Assembly (NCBI GenBank): GCA_028826165.1
Contig: JAPDFW010000044.1
Span: forward strand, 530,617-594,616
Length of the DNA stretch: 64,000 nucleotides
Reading direction: 5' to 3'
Source of the DNA: Anaeramoeba ignava BMAN
Lineage: Eukaryota > Protista > Anaeramoebae
Shown: positions 26,401 through 39,900 of the stretch, one piece after another
Layout of the letters: the number at the start of each line of letters is the position of its first letter
Position numbering within the stretch: position 1 is the first letter of the stretch
Notes under the pieces: model-generated
What the model was told of the DNA's origin: nothing
Seen by the model: only the letters and a program-made list of their open reading frames with translations
The model's database searches: none
Made by a program: the position numbers and the translations under genes

Positions 26401-26947
26401 ATAATAAATTTATTAATAATAAATATAATAAATTTAATAATAAAAATATAATAAATTTATTAATAAAAATATAATAAATTTATTAATAAAAATATAATAA
26501 ATTTATTAATAAAAATATAATAAATTTATTAATAAAAAATAAATTTATTAATAAATTTATTAATAAAAAATGGAATAAATTTATTAATAAAAATATAATA
26601 AATTTATTAATAAAAAGTGGAATAAATTTATTAATAAAAAAGTGGAATAAATTTATTAATAAAAATATAATAAATTTATTAATAAAAAAATAGAATAAAT
26701 ATATTAATAAAAATATAATAAATTTATTAATAAAAATGGAATAAATTTATTAATAAAAAGTGGAATAAATTTATTAATAAAAATGGAATAAATTTATTAA
26801 CAAAAGTGGAATAAATTTATTAATAAAAATATAATAAATTTATTAATAAAAAGTGTAATAAATTTATTAATAAAAAATATAATAAATTTATTAATAAAAA
26901 TGGAATAAATTTATTAATAAAAAGTGGAATAAATTTATTAATAAAAA
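23497..26947. repeat. Minisatellite of the same ~23-bp family as 20755-22046, ~3.4 kb
   Basis: Same unit and same orientation as the upstream array. Confidence 0.95.
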
Positions 26948-27072
26948 ATTATTTAAAAAAAAATATTTTTTCATTTTTAATTTTTCATTTTTTTTCTTAA
27001 TAAATTTATTTTAAATTTAAAAAAAATTTTTTTTTTTAGAATTAATAAATAAAAATAATAAAGAAATAATAA

Positions 27073-29349
27073 ATGAATTCAGATTCAGATCAAGAAGAAA
27101 TTTGGGAAAAAAAACCACGTTCATTTCAAACAAAACAATTTCAAATTCCAGAAACACAAATTAAAAAATTACCTTTTAAAGATAGAAAAGGAAATTTAAT
27201 TGAAAATGAAAATGAAAATGAAAAAGAAATTAATCAAAAAATAAAAAGAAAAAAAAATTTGAAAAAATAAAAAGATGAATATGAAAATGTTTATAATGAA
27301 AATGATAATGAAAATGGAAATGAAAACGAAAATGATGAAGATGAAAATGAAAATAAAAAAAATGAAGAAATTAATGAATATAAATTATTTCAAATTTTGA
27401 AAGAAAAAAAAGAATTAATTGCTCAAATGTCATCAATAATAACTGAAGATCCAGAAAAAAGTGTTGAATTATTAAATCAAATATTTAAATATTGCAAAGA
27501 TAAATTTTATTCAATTAGAAAATATGCAATAATTTCATTAGTAGCAATATATATAGATATTATTCCTGGTTATACAATTAGAGAACTTTCTGAACAAGAA
27601 AAAAATCAAAAATTATCAAAAGAAGTTTTTCAATTAAGAAAATTTGAAGAGAAATTATTACAAAATTATCATAAATTTATCCAATATTTGATTGATATTC
27701 TCAAACAAGAACAGAAAAGAATCAATAGAAAGAAAAGAAAGAAAGATTATTTTTCAAATGAAGAAACAAAAAATAATGATTATAAAATTAATGGAGAAAT
27801 AATTACATCAGAAAAAGAAGAAAATCAACTTGTTTTAATTTCATTGAAATCATTGAATAGTTTATTGAAAGCAAAACCTTATTTTAATTTTAATAATGAG
27901 ATTTCAAAATCATTAGTTTCTTATATTGATGATTCAAGAGAAGATATTTCAAATGAATGTTTTGGATCAATTATTGAAGTTATTAAACATGATAAATCAA
28001 GAGATATTTCACTTGTAATTATAAAAGAAATTGCCAAAATTATCAAACAAAGAAATTATAAATCAAATCCTAAATTGGTTCAAGTATTTCTTCACATTTC
28101 AATTGATCCAGATGTTATTCTTAAACAGAAAAAAATGGAAGAAGAAGAAGAACAAAGAAATCTAAGTGAAAAATTAAAGAGAAAACTTGAAAGAAAGAAA
28201 AGCAAAATGAAACAAAGAATGACTCAAAAACAAAAACTGAAGAAAATAGAAAACGATAAAATTGAAAAAAAATTGAAAAAAACATTAGAAAACCAAGAAA
28301 AAGAAAGATCTCAAAGATTACAAATAGAAATGCTTAATGCAATATTTATAACATATTTCAGAGTTTTAAAAAGAGCAAAACATAGTGTATTGATGCCATT
28401 TGTTTTAGAAGGATTATCGAAATTTTCTCATTTAATCAATCTCAATTTTTGGAGATATAATTTCAACATTAAAAGAAACTGTGAAATACAAGAATATCAA
28501 TTTGAAAATGACTATTCATTGCATTTTTACAGCAATAGCAATAATTACAAAACAAGGAAAAGTATAATTTCAACAGATTTCAAAGATTTTTACGATAAAT
28601 TATATTCAAGAATGTTTCAATCATTCATCACACATCTATTACCAATATCCAAAGATAATTATGAATATTCCAACTCAAATAATTGTCTTGTTAGATTAGA
28701 AGGATATGTTCCAAATTTATCAATTTATAATTACAACAAAGAAATCAACTTATTACTTGTTAATTGTATTGAAAAATTACTATTTGGAATGAAAGAATTA
28801 TCTAATGAAAGAATTGCAGGATTTATCAAAAGATTGGCATCGTTACTTTTACATCAATACGAAGGAGTTTCTCTTGGAATTTTAATTTTGATGAAGGATT
28901 TAATGATGCAATATCCAAAAACTCAACAATTATTAGATTCAGAAAATTTAAGTTCAGGTGTTTATGATCCAAATATTAAATCACCAGAACATTCAAATGC
29001 TTTTTCTTCAAATCTTTGGGAATTCTGTTTACTAAAAAATCATTATAATCCTCAAATTTCTAGTTATGTTCAAACTGTTTCAAAATATATTGATGATATT
29101 GATTCTTTAGATTCTCATACTAAATATTTTTTAGATGATAAAAAGCCAAATCAAATTATTAATTCTTCAACTTCTTTTAATTTTATTAATTCAGAATCTG
29201 ATTTTTTAGATTTTCTTCAATTAAATGAACTTCCTCAAAATTTTAAGAATAAAATGAAACATAAAAAAGTTATTCATTATCATCATCAAAGTTATATTTC
29301 TGATTCTCCTTTTCTTAGATTAATTTTAGAAGAAGAAAATAAACAATAA
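27073..29349 (+). CDS. NOC3: Nucleolar complex protein 3 (NOC3/CBF family), with homopolymer frameshifts
   Basis: KLPFKD, IYIDIIPGYTIRELSEQEKNQKLSKEV..LRKFEEKLLQNY, ITYFRVLK, VLEGLSKFSHLINL, RIAGFIKRL, GVYDPNIKSPEHSNA..SNLWEF.LLKNHYNP. Confidence 0.92.
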
Positions 29350-29370
29350 ACTTTTAAATTTTTTAATTTT

Positions 29371-32300
29371 TTAATTTTTTTTTAATAAAGGAATAATAAT
29401 TTCATTATAAATTTCTTTAAATCTTTGAAATAAAGCTTCTAATTTAATTTCTCTTTGAGTTTTTAAAGTTTCATTTTGATTTTGATTTTGATTTTGATTT
29501 TGATTTTGATTTTGATTTTGATTTTGATTTTGATTTTCATTTTGATTTTGATTTTGATTTTGATTTTGATTTTGATTTTGATTTTGATTTTGATTTTGAT
29601 TTTGATTTTGATTTTGATTTTGATTTTGATTTTCATTTCAATTTTGATTTTCATTTTGAATTTTGATTTTGATTTTGATTTTGATTTTTATTTTCATTTT
29701 GATTTTCATTTTCATTTTCATTTTCATTTTGATTTTTGATTTTGATTTTGATTTTGATTTTGATTTTGATTTTGATTTTCATTTTGATTTTGATTTTGAT
29801 TTTGATTTTGATTTTGATTTTTATTTTGATTTTGATTTTGATTTTGATTTTGATTTTTGATTTTTGATTTTTGATTTTGATTTTGATTTTGATTTTGATT
29901 TTGATTTTGATTTTGATTTTGATTTTGATTTTGATTTTGATTTTGATTTTGATTTTGATTTTGATTTTGATTTTCATTTTGATTTTGATTTTGATTTTTG
30001 ATTTTATTTTGATTTTGATTTTGATTTTGATTTTGATTTTTATTTTGATTTTGATTTTGATTTTGATTTTGATTTTTATTTTTATTTTGATTTTGATTTT
30101 GATTTTGATTTTCATTTTGATTTTGATTTTGATTTTGATTTTGATTTTCATTTTGATTTTGATTTTGATTTTGATTTTGATTTTGATTTTGATTTTGATT
30201 TTGATTTTGATTTTGATTTTTGATTTTGATTTAGATTTTGATTTTGATTTTTGATTTTGATTTTGATTTTGATTTTGATTTTGATTTTGATTTTTATTTT
30301 GATTTTGATTTTGATTTTGATTTTCATTTTTATTTTCATTTTTATTTTGATTTTGATTTTGATTTTGATTTTGATTTTGATTTTTATTTTCATCATTTTC
30401 TTTCCAATATTTCTTAAATCTTTTTAAAGAAAAATCATCTGATTTAATAAATTGAAGAATAGAAAAAGCAAAATATATAATAACATAATGTTCTGATAAT
30501 CTTTGTTTTAACAAATGATGAAACAATAACCAATCATAAGAAATTGTCAAATAAAGAAATTCATCAACATTTAAATTTTGATGAATAAGACCATCAGCCC
30601 AAAATGAGCATCTTAATAATCCAACAAAAAAAGGAGTTCTATCATAACCTGAAACACAATGAATCAAAATTCCATCTTTATTATTAGGATTTGCAACAAT
30701 TAATAATAACAATTTAAGATAATTTAAAGTTATATCAATAATATCCCATTTTTGATAATCTTGATAATTAATATTTTTAAGTTCTGTTGAATTTAAACGT
30801 TCAAGTAATGTTTTATCAATAGATAATTTGGCTGTATTACTTGGTGATGACCAATCAAATTTTAAATCTTTTCCACAATATTTATTGTTATAAAATTCTG
30901 AAAATATTTCAACTCCTGGATATGGACATTCATTTATATGAAAATCTTTATATCTTTCAAAAGAATCTGCTTTTTCTGATGAACATACATAAACTCCATA
31001 TTTTTTCTTCCGTTTTTCTACCATTAAATCCATAATATATCCTACTTTAAATGTTTTTAAAAGAGCAATATCTGCATCTCTAACTTCTCCCATAACTCCA
31101 TCTTTTTGTAAAAGAAAATTTGATGTATCTTCTTTATCTTCTTTTTTTTCATTTTGATTTTGAATTTGAATTTTTTTGATTTTCATTTTGATTTTGATTT
31201 TCATTTTGATTTTGATTTTGATTTTGATTTTGATTTTGATTTTGATTTTGATTTTCATTTTCATTTTCATTTTCATTTTCATTTTGATTTTGATTTTGAT
31301 TTTCATTTTGATTTTCATTTTCATTTTCATTTTGATTTTGATTTTGATTTTGATTTTGATTTTCATTTTGATTTTCATTTTGATTTTCATTTTCATTTTC
31401 ATTTTCATTTTCATTTTGATTTTCATTTTGATTTTGATTTTCATTTTGATTTTGATTTTCATTTTGATTTTGATTTTGATTTTGATTTTCATTTTCATTT
31501 TCATTTCATTTTCATTTTGATTTTCATTTCATTTTGATTTTTGATTTTGATTTTGATTTTTGATTTTGATTTTGATTTTGATTTTCATTTTCATTTTCAT
31601 TTTGATTTTCATTTTCATTTTCATTTTCATTTTGATTTTCATTTTCATTTTCATTTTCATTTTGATTTTCATTTTCATTTTCATTTTGATTTTGATTTTG
31701 ATTTTGATTTTCATTTTCATTTTCATTTTATTTTCATTTTCATTTTTTTTTGATTTTGATTTTCATTTTCATTTTCATTTTGATTTTCATTTTGATTTTG
31801 ATTTTCATTTTGATTTTCATTTTCATTTTGATTTTGATTTTGATTTTGATTTTGATTTTGATTTTGATTTTCATTTTGATTTTCATTTTCATTTTGATTT
31901 TCATTTTGATTTTCATTTCAATTTCATTTTCATTTTCATTTTGATTTTCATTTTCATTTTCATTTTCATTTTCATTTTCAATTTCATTTTCATTTGATTC
32001 AATTTGAATATCAACAAAATCATCTTCTAAATCTTTCAATTTATAATTAACTTCTTGAGATTTTATTGGTTTTTGATTTGTTTGAAAAAATGATTTAAAA
32101 AAAGAAAAAGAAAAATCTGATTTATTATATCTAACTTCAAATTCTTTTGAAATTGTTGAAGATCTACAAATTGATTTTCCATTAACTTTAAAAACTTCAA
32201 TAGGAAATCTCATTCTAACTCTTGCATAACGAGCTTTATTAATTTTGTTTCTTAAATCATTAATTTTTTTTGAATTCTTATTCATTTTTTCATTTTTTGA

Positions 32301-32519
32301 TTTTTCAATTTGTTTTTTAGTTGAAAATAAAATTAATTTTAATGGATAAGATTCACATAAAATATTTTCTTGATTATCTAATAATTCAAATGAATAATCT
32401 TTTGACCATAATTTCTCTGTTCTTTTTTGTATTTTTTTAAGATTTGGTGTAATTTTTCTGTTTATTGAACCAATATTTTGAGCAAAATATAAAAATAAAT
32501 TTTTTAATTTATTTTCCAT
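29371..32519 (-). CDS. MTMR14: Myotubularin-related protein 14-like phosphoinositide phosphatase with two very long NQ/NE microsatellite inserts
   Basis: CESYP, ARYARVRMRFP, GKSICRSSTIS, DLMVEKRKKKYGVYVCSSEKAD, PYPGVEIF, catalytic IHCVSGYDRTPFF, SFWADGLIHQNL, SYDWLLFHH. Manually read C-terminus QREIKLEALFQRFKEIYNEIIIPLLKKN* ends at 29371. Confidence 0.9.
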
Positions 32520-32565
32520 TTTAAAAAGAAAAAAATGAAAAAAATGAAAAAATTATTTTTTAATT

Positions 32566-35500
32566 TTATTTCTTTTCTAAATTATTTATATTTTTAATAA
32601 CTTTCTCTAATTCTTTAAAGATAATTTCTGTTTTTCCTTTGTTAATAAGTGAAAATTTATAAATTTCTTTAAAAGAATCATTTAATTTCTTAAATTTTTG
32701 TGAAGATGATAAAAAATTTATAATTTTTTGAAGGAAAGAATGTAAATATGATTCTAATTTTGAAACATTTGATTTTTGGTTAAATTTTGAAGTAATTCTT
32801 GATTTAAAGGAAAACAACTTTGAATATCCAAAAAATTTTTAAATCCAATAATAAATTTTTTCAATTTAATATTTTCATGACAAATTTCAGCATATTTTAA
32901 ATATAATTTTGCTAAATAAATTCTAATTTCAATAAAATCATTCAAGAATTTTTGATGAGAAAAAAATTTGATTGCAATTTCAAAATGAGAAATAATTTCA
33001 TTCAATCTTTTCAAAGTAATTTTTTCCTTTTGATTTTCAACTTCCATTTCAAAAGTAATGATTCCAATTTGATAATTGGATTTACAAATCATTTCCGAAT
33101 GATTAAGAGAATTAAAAATATCTAATGATGATTTAAATATCTTCAAAATTGTATGTTTTGATCTATTAGAAGATGAATTCAATCTTGTTGCTTGAATAAA
33201 TAAAGCTTTTCCCAAAAGTAAATTGACATCAAATTCAAGACTAATTTTGATTTTTCTCATTTGAAATGATTTCTTTTGCATCAAGAAAATATTTGATTGC
33301 ATTTGCAAAATAGGAATCTTCAGAATTTGAGTATTCATTCTTGTAAAGTTGTCCTTCTTTGATTGCTTCTGAAAGCATCATTCTTGCAAAATTGAATTCA
33401 ATCACAATGATATTCATTTTATTTCCAACAATTTTTGCTGATTTCAATGCGTTTTCATAAAATCTAATAGCCATCGTTATTCTTTCCGATTGATTATAAA
33501 TTGTCGCAACTTCATTATAAATTTCAGAAAGTTTTTGGTGTATTTGTTGATATTTTTCTTGTTCTGAATTTAATCCAATATTGCTTGCTTCCAATTTAAT
33601 AAGTGCATTTTTTTGACTGTTTTTGATTGAATTGAAATCATTTGCAAAAGATGTTTCCATTGTAATTGATGCACGAAGAAAAATTCGTATTGCTATAAAT
33701 AATATATCCAATTTATCTGTTGGAATTTGTGGGAAAAATGTTTTTAAAAATGGATGACAATTTTTATGAATATTTTCTATTTCTTTTGTATAACTGTTGA
33801 AAAGCTTTTTTTTATCAATAATTTTGGAAATTTCATAATAAACACTTCCAAGTTCAACAAGCAAAGATGAAAATAAACTTTCAAATTCTTCCAATATTTT
33901 GTTATTTTTTCCTATTCCAAAATCTTCAAAGCATTTTATTGATAAATTAATCCAATGAATAATTTCAGGAATGTGTTTATGATCTTCTTTGATTGTCATT
34001 TCTGTGATTTTTTGATACATTTTAAACAAATCTTTTTGATGTTCTATGATTAATTTTTGGATATCTTGTTGATTTTCTTTAAAATCATTAAAATGAGATT
34101 TTAAAATGTTTACTGCTTTTTGGATATTTTGAGCAGCCATTTCAAATGATTTTTTCTTATGGTTTTGGAAATCATTTTTTTGGATATTTTCAATATTTTC
34201 AACTTTTTCAACTTTTTGAATATTTTGATTATTTTGAATATTTTGAATTTTCTTCTTTTTCCCTTTTTTTTGTTGTTGTTGTTTTTGTTGTTGTTGTTTT
34301 TGTTTTTGCTTTTGCTTTTTGTTTTTATTCTTTTTATTCTTTCTTTTTTTTAAATTGTTCTTGTTTTTTAATATTTTTTTATCCTTTGAATGTGATTCTA
34401 TATTTTCAATTTGAGGTTTCTCATTTATATCTAATTTATCGTTATTAATTGGATCTTCTTTAGTTTCATGATAAAATTCATATAAATAAGCATCTCTTAA
34501 ATGTTTATGAACATAAGCAGACAAAAGAGGAAAATTTTTTTCATCAATCATTTCCAAAAATTTACTTAGTAATGTTTGAGCCTTTTTAATTGATTCTTTT
34601 TCTCCTGTTTTCAAAAGATGAATACCAACTCTATGACAAAGTAATGCAACAGGGAAAAATTTTTCTGTTAAATCACCAATTTTAGAAATATCAAATAATT
34701 TTTCATCAAAATCTGTTTCAATTATTTTAAGAGTGTTTTTTGAGGCATTTTTCTTTAACAAATAAGTGCCAATATCTTTAGTTAAATTCGTTTTCAAAAA
34801 CGAAAAAATTTGTCGTGAAGTTTCTTGCAAAAAACCAGTGATATTGTTGTAAAAAGAAGATTGCAAGTTGTTTTTCTTTGTTGGATCATTATCATCCAAA
34901 TCTGAATACATTGCTTGAATAATTTCCTCAGTTTTAACAAATTCGTAATTAAGAATAAACCCATTTTTATGTTTGCAAACTAAACTTTCAGGAATATTTG
35001 ATAAAACATTATTCCAATAATATTCCAAACAAGTATTAAATGAAGGTTTATCTGCTACATCCTTAAGATAAAGAGTAACAATTGGATGTGAATTGTCGAA
35101 ATTGAAAAGCATCATATCACTTCCCAATGTAATGTTTAAATTATCAAATTTCCATTTGCAAATTCTTGGGAAAGTTGTTGGTAAATTTGCTTTTGATGAA
35201 AATGATGTTTTTGTAATTGAATTTTGCATTTCTTGATTTTTATAATATTGTTGATGTTGAAGTAAATAATAACTGATCAACGAATCCTCATCTATTGGTT
35301 TTGATAAAAAATTCTGAGGTTTTTGCGGTTGAAGATCATTTGGAGAAAGTGAATAATAAATGAATTTAGAATATCGATTTTTTTGTTTAATTTCTTTTTC
35401 TTGAAGAATATTTGATAAAATGTTATTTTTCAAATTTAATTGGCCTAAATTAAAAGAATCATTTTGCATTGAATTTGGATTAATTTTTTCTCTAATCAAT

Positions 35501-36643
35501 TGTTTTATTTCCGGAATTTGATTTTGTTTTGAAATTTGTGAGAAATGAGAAGGTAATTCTATATCATCAAGAAGAATAGTATTTCCAACTTTATTCATTA
35601 AAAACATTGAATCTTTTTTTTGGAAAGGAATTGTTAATAATCTAATCATTGTTTCATGAGTTGAAATAAAATCAGTGTCTTTAAGATCATCAGTTAAATC
35701 CAACAAATCTTTAAGATTCAATAAAGTAAGTTTTTGTGATTTAAATTCTGGGGATTGAATCTTTTATTTTTAAATTAAATAAAAATAATTTAATTAATTT
35801 AAATTTCAAACTATAAAATTATTAATTTACTCGATAATCGTATTGAAGCCAATTTATTGGTGGTTTGTTTATGTTTGTATTTTGAGGTAATTGAATAAAA
35901 TTTAAGCTTCCAAATGTATCTCTTAAAATTTTTATTGTATTTTTAATTTGATTTTTTTCGTTTATTTTTTGATTTTGTAATTTTATATCTTCAAGGTTTG
36001 AATTATATATTTTTGCAATTTGATTTTTTGGTATTTCAATTAAGGATAATTGTTTCTTTTTCTTTTGATTTTCATTTTCATTTTCATTTTCAATTTGAAA
36101 TTGATTTTGATTTTGATTTTTATTTTTATTTTTATTTTGATTTTCATTTTGATTTTGATTTTGAATTTGATTTTGAATTTGATTTAAAGTTAAAATTTCA
36201 TTTTGATTTTGATTTTGATTTTGAATTTGATTTTGAATTTGATTTTGATTTTGATTTTGATTTTGATTTTGATTTTGATTTTGATTTTGATTTTCAATTT
36301 GATTTTCAATTTGATTTTCAATTTGATTTTCAATTTGATTTTCAATTTGATTTAAAGTTAAAATTTCATTTTGATTTTGATTTTGATTTTTATTTTGATT
36401 TTGAATTTGATTTTGATTTTCATTTTCAATTTGAAATTGATTTTTATTTTTATTTTCAATTTGAAATTGATTTTCATTTTCATTTTGATTTTTATTTTCA
36501 TTTTGATTTTGATTTTGATTTTGATTTTGATTTTGATTTTGGTTTTGATTTTGATCAGGTAAAAAAAGAAACCTTGAATTATCTGCTAAAATTTTATTAT
36601 CAATTAAAAGTTTTGTAAAATCAAGTGTTGCAATTGTTTTCAT
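32566..36643 (-). CDS. EDRF1: Erythroid differentiation-related factor 1-like (TPR-containing) protein; intron 35761-35830, frameshifts near 33250-33340 and 32760-32820
   Basis: LPQNTNINKPPINWLQ, DFISTHETMIRLLTIPF...NKVGNTILLDD, WKFDNLNITLGSDMMLF, CLEYYWNNVLSNIPE..VC.HKNGFILNYEFVKTEEI, IFSFLKTNLTKDIGTYLL all match EDRF1 N-terminal motifs. Confidence 0.8.
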
Positions 36644-36967
36644 TTATTAAAAAAAAATTTATTTTTATTTTTTGAAATGAAAAAAAATGGAAAAAATGAA
36701 AAATGAAAATTATTTTTTTCTTTTTTTTTTTTAAATAAATTAAATTAAAAGTAAATTATTTCTTTCTATTCATTAAAAAAAAATCCAAATAAATTTAATA
36801 ATAAATAATAATAAAAATATAAAATAAAAATTAAATATAAAACGATTATTTAATAATTATTTAATAATTCAATATTATTTGAATATATAAAAAAGGGAAT
36901 TAAATTCTATTTTTCCTTTTTTCCTTTTCATTTTTTTTCTTTTTTTTCAAATAAAAAATAAAAAGAA

Positions 36968-39900
36968 ATGAGTGATTCTTCTCAAGAAACTAAATCAACA
37001 AGTAAATCAATAAGTAAATCAACACAATTAAAAGATAAAGAAAATAAAAAAGATCAAGAAACTAAATCAAAAAGTAAATCAATAAGTAAATCAACACAAT
37101 TAAAAGATAAAGAAAATAAAAAAGATCAAGAAACTAAATCAGAAACTAAATCAAAAAGTAAATCAAGAAATCAAAAAGTAAATCAAAAAGTAAATCAAAA
37201 AGTAAATCAAAAAGTAAATCAACACAATTAAAAGATAAAGAAAATAAAAAAGATCAAGAAACTAAATCAACAAGTAAATCAATAAGTAAATCAACACAAT
37301 TAAACGATAAAGAAACTAAATCAACAAGTAAATCAAAAAGTAAATCAACACAATTAAAAGATAAAGAAAATAAAAAAGATCAAGAAACTAAATCAAAAAG
37401 TAAATCAAAAAGTAAATCAATAAGTAAATCAACACAATTAAAAGATAAAGAAAATCAGAAAAAAAAAACAAGCAAACACAAACACAAACACAAACACAAG
37501 CACAAGCACAAGCATAAAAAGAACAACGAAAATGAAAATCAAAATCAAAATCAAAATGAAAATCAAAATCAAAATCAAAATGAAAATCAAAATCAAAATG
37601 AAAATGAAAATCAAAATGAAAATCAAAATCAAAATCAAAATGAAAATTCAAAATGAAAATCAAATTGAAAATGAAAATGAAAATGAAAATCAAATTGAAA
37701 ATCAAAATGAAAATCAAAATGAAAATGAAAATGAAAATGAAAATCAAAATGAAAATCAAATTCAAAATCAAAATGAAAATGAAAATGAAAATCAAATTCA
37801 AAATCAAAATCAAAATCAAAATCAAAATCAAAATCAAAATCAAAATCAAATTGAAAATCAAAATCAAAATCAAAATCAAAATGAAAATGAAAAAAATGAA
37901 AATGAAAATGAAAAGATCAGAATATCAAAATTATATCAATTTCATTCTCAAAAACTTAATCAACTTTTATTATCAGAACTTCTTTTAAATTATAAAATAA
38001 TGTTCCAAAATGAAGAAAATTGTGATTTTACAATTTATGTTGGAAATAAAAAAGAAAAGATTTTATGTCATAAAATAATACTTAATTCAAGATCAAGATT
38101 TTTTTATGAAAAAAATCATGAAATTATAGATAATGAAGAATTATATCTTCCAAAATTTGAAATTGATATTGTGAAACCAATAATTTCATTTCTTTATGAT
38201 TCAGAATTTAAATTGGATTTAAACAAATTTGAAAAATATTTTAAACTTGCAAAACATTTTAAATTAACAATTTTAAAAATCAAAATTGAAAAAGAAGTTT
38301 CAGAACAAATTAATGAAAAAAATGTTATTCAAATTTATTTCAAAAGTATTTCAATTGAATCAAGATTTCTTTCCAATTTTTGTGAAATTTTTATTAAAGA
38401 AAATATTCCTAAAATTATTGAAGAAGATCAAATTGGAGAAATTAATGATACAAAAATTAGAGAAATTATCAAAATCATTCAAAAAACACCAAAAGAAAAA
38501 AGAATAGATTTAATTTGGGAATTATCAAAAGATTGGGAGAAGAAATTCAAAAAAAATAAGAAAAATTTAATAGATAAATATAAATATATTGATCCAATTC
38601 AAATTCAAACAATTAAATATGATATTACAAAATTTCATGATATTATTTCTAATATTAAAAATTCTGGATATATTTCATCTGATTTAACAACTCGAAAAAA
38701 TCCAATTTTACCTTCAACTGATCAATTTGAATTAATGGTTCAAAAAAATAGAGAATTAAAACAAGAAAATGAAAAACAAAATAAAGAACTTAAAAAAATT
38801 CACAAAACTAATCAAGAAAAAGATCAAGAAATTATCGAAAAAGAAAATAAAATTCAAAAACAAAAAAATAAGATAACACAAATGGAAAAAGAACTTCAAA
38901 CATTTCAACCAGCAAGAAATGCAGAAAAAACCTTAGAAGATTTTGTAAATCAAACTTCAAATTTAACTGAAAGTAAATCATTTTAAATTTTAAATTTTAA
39001 ATTTTAAATTTTACTTACAATCAACAAAAAAAAATCAAAAAAAAAGCATCTATTCAACAAACAATTAAATTCATGAATTATTTTCCATTAGACCAAAATA
39101 TTCAAGAAAATGGATCATTTATTTTACAAAAATTTGCAACAGAAAATGAAAGTAAAATCTATCTTTTCAAATCAAAAAAAACAATTTTACTTTATCATTA
39201 TGAAAATTTAATACAATTATTTCCTTATATATTTTTTGATATAAATTTTTTTTTCTAAAATCAATTAATCTTTAATTTTTTTAAATTGGAATTTGAAAAC
39301 AATTAAAAGAAAATCAAAATCAAATAAGAGAATTAAATGGAATTGAGCTTATTATTAAATCAATGAATAATTTTCCAAATAATGAAGATATTCAAATCAA
39401 AGGATGCGGAGCTTTATTGAATATTTGTTTTAATGCTGGTAATTCAAAATTTAAATCAAAATCAAAATTAAAATCAAATTCAAAATCAAAATCAAAACCA
39501 AAATTAAATCAAAATCAATATCTAAATCAAATTCAAAATCAAATTCAAAATCAAAATCAAAATAAAAATCTAAAATGAAAATCAAAATCAAAATCAAAAC
39601 CAAAATTAAAAGAAAATCAAAATCAAATAAGAGAATTAAATGGAATTGAACCTATTATTAAATCAATGAATAATTTTCCAAATAATCAAGATATTCAATT
39701 TTATGGATGTGGAGCATTATGGAATATTTGTTTTAATGATCGTAAATTAATTACAAAAAAAAAGAGATTTAAATTCAAAATTAATTTATTCAAAAAAAAA
39801 AGAAAATCAAATTGAAATTAGTAAACTCAAAGGAATTAAAACTATTATTAAAGCAATGAATAATTTCCCAAATAATCAAGATATTCAAATCAAAGCATGC

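Noticed and set aside
20755-26947. CRISPR-like array (palindromic repeat with variable interior)
   Set aside because: The variable part is only 3-4 nt drawn from about four variants, there are no unique spacers and no cas genes, and the context is eukaryotic. It is a minisatellite.
28445-28562. Apparent divergent segment or programmed frameshifting in NOC3, and frameshifts in many other genes
   Set aside because: An alternative frame here reads GDIISTLKE...IHCIFTAIAIITKQG, the expected NOC3 sequence, bounded by a T-run and an A-run. Two compensating homopolymer indels in an essential gene indicate sequencing/assembly error, so frameshifts elsewhere were not called as pseudogenes or recoding.
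29463-31997. Numerous ORFs of poly-(IL), (DF), (KI), (KM), (FH)
   Set aside because: These are alternative-frame and antisense readings of stop-free hexamer microsatellites, not genes. The same applies to 3252-3590, 19382-19681, 35998-36618, 37388-37988 and 47707-48078.
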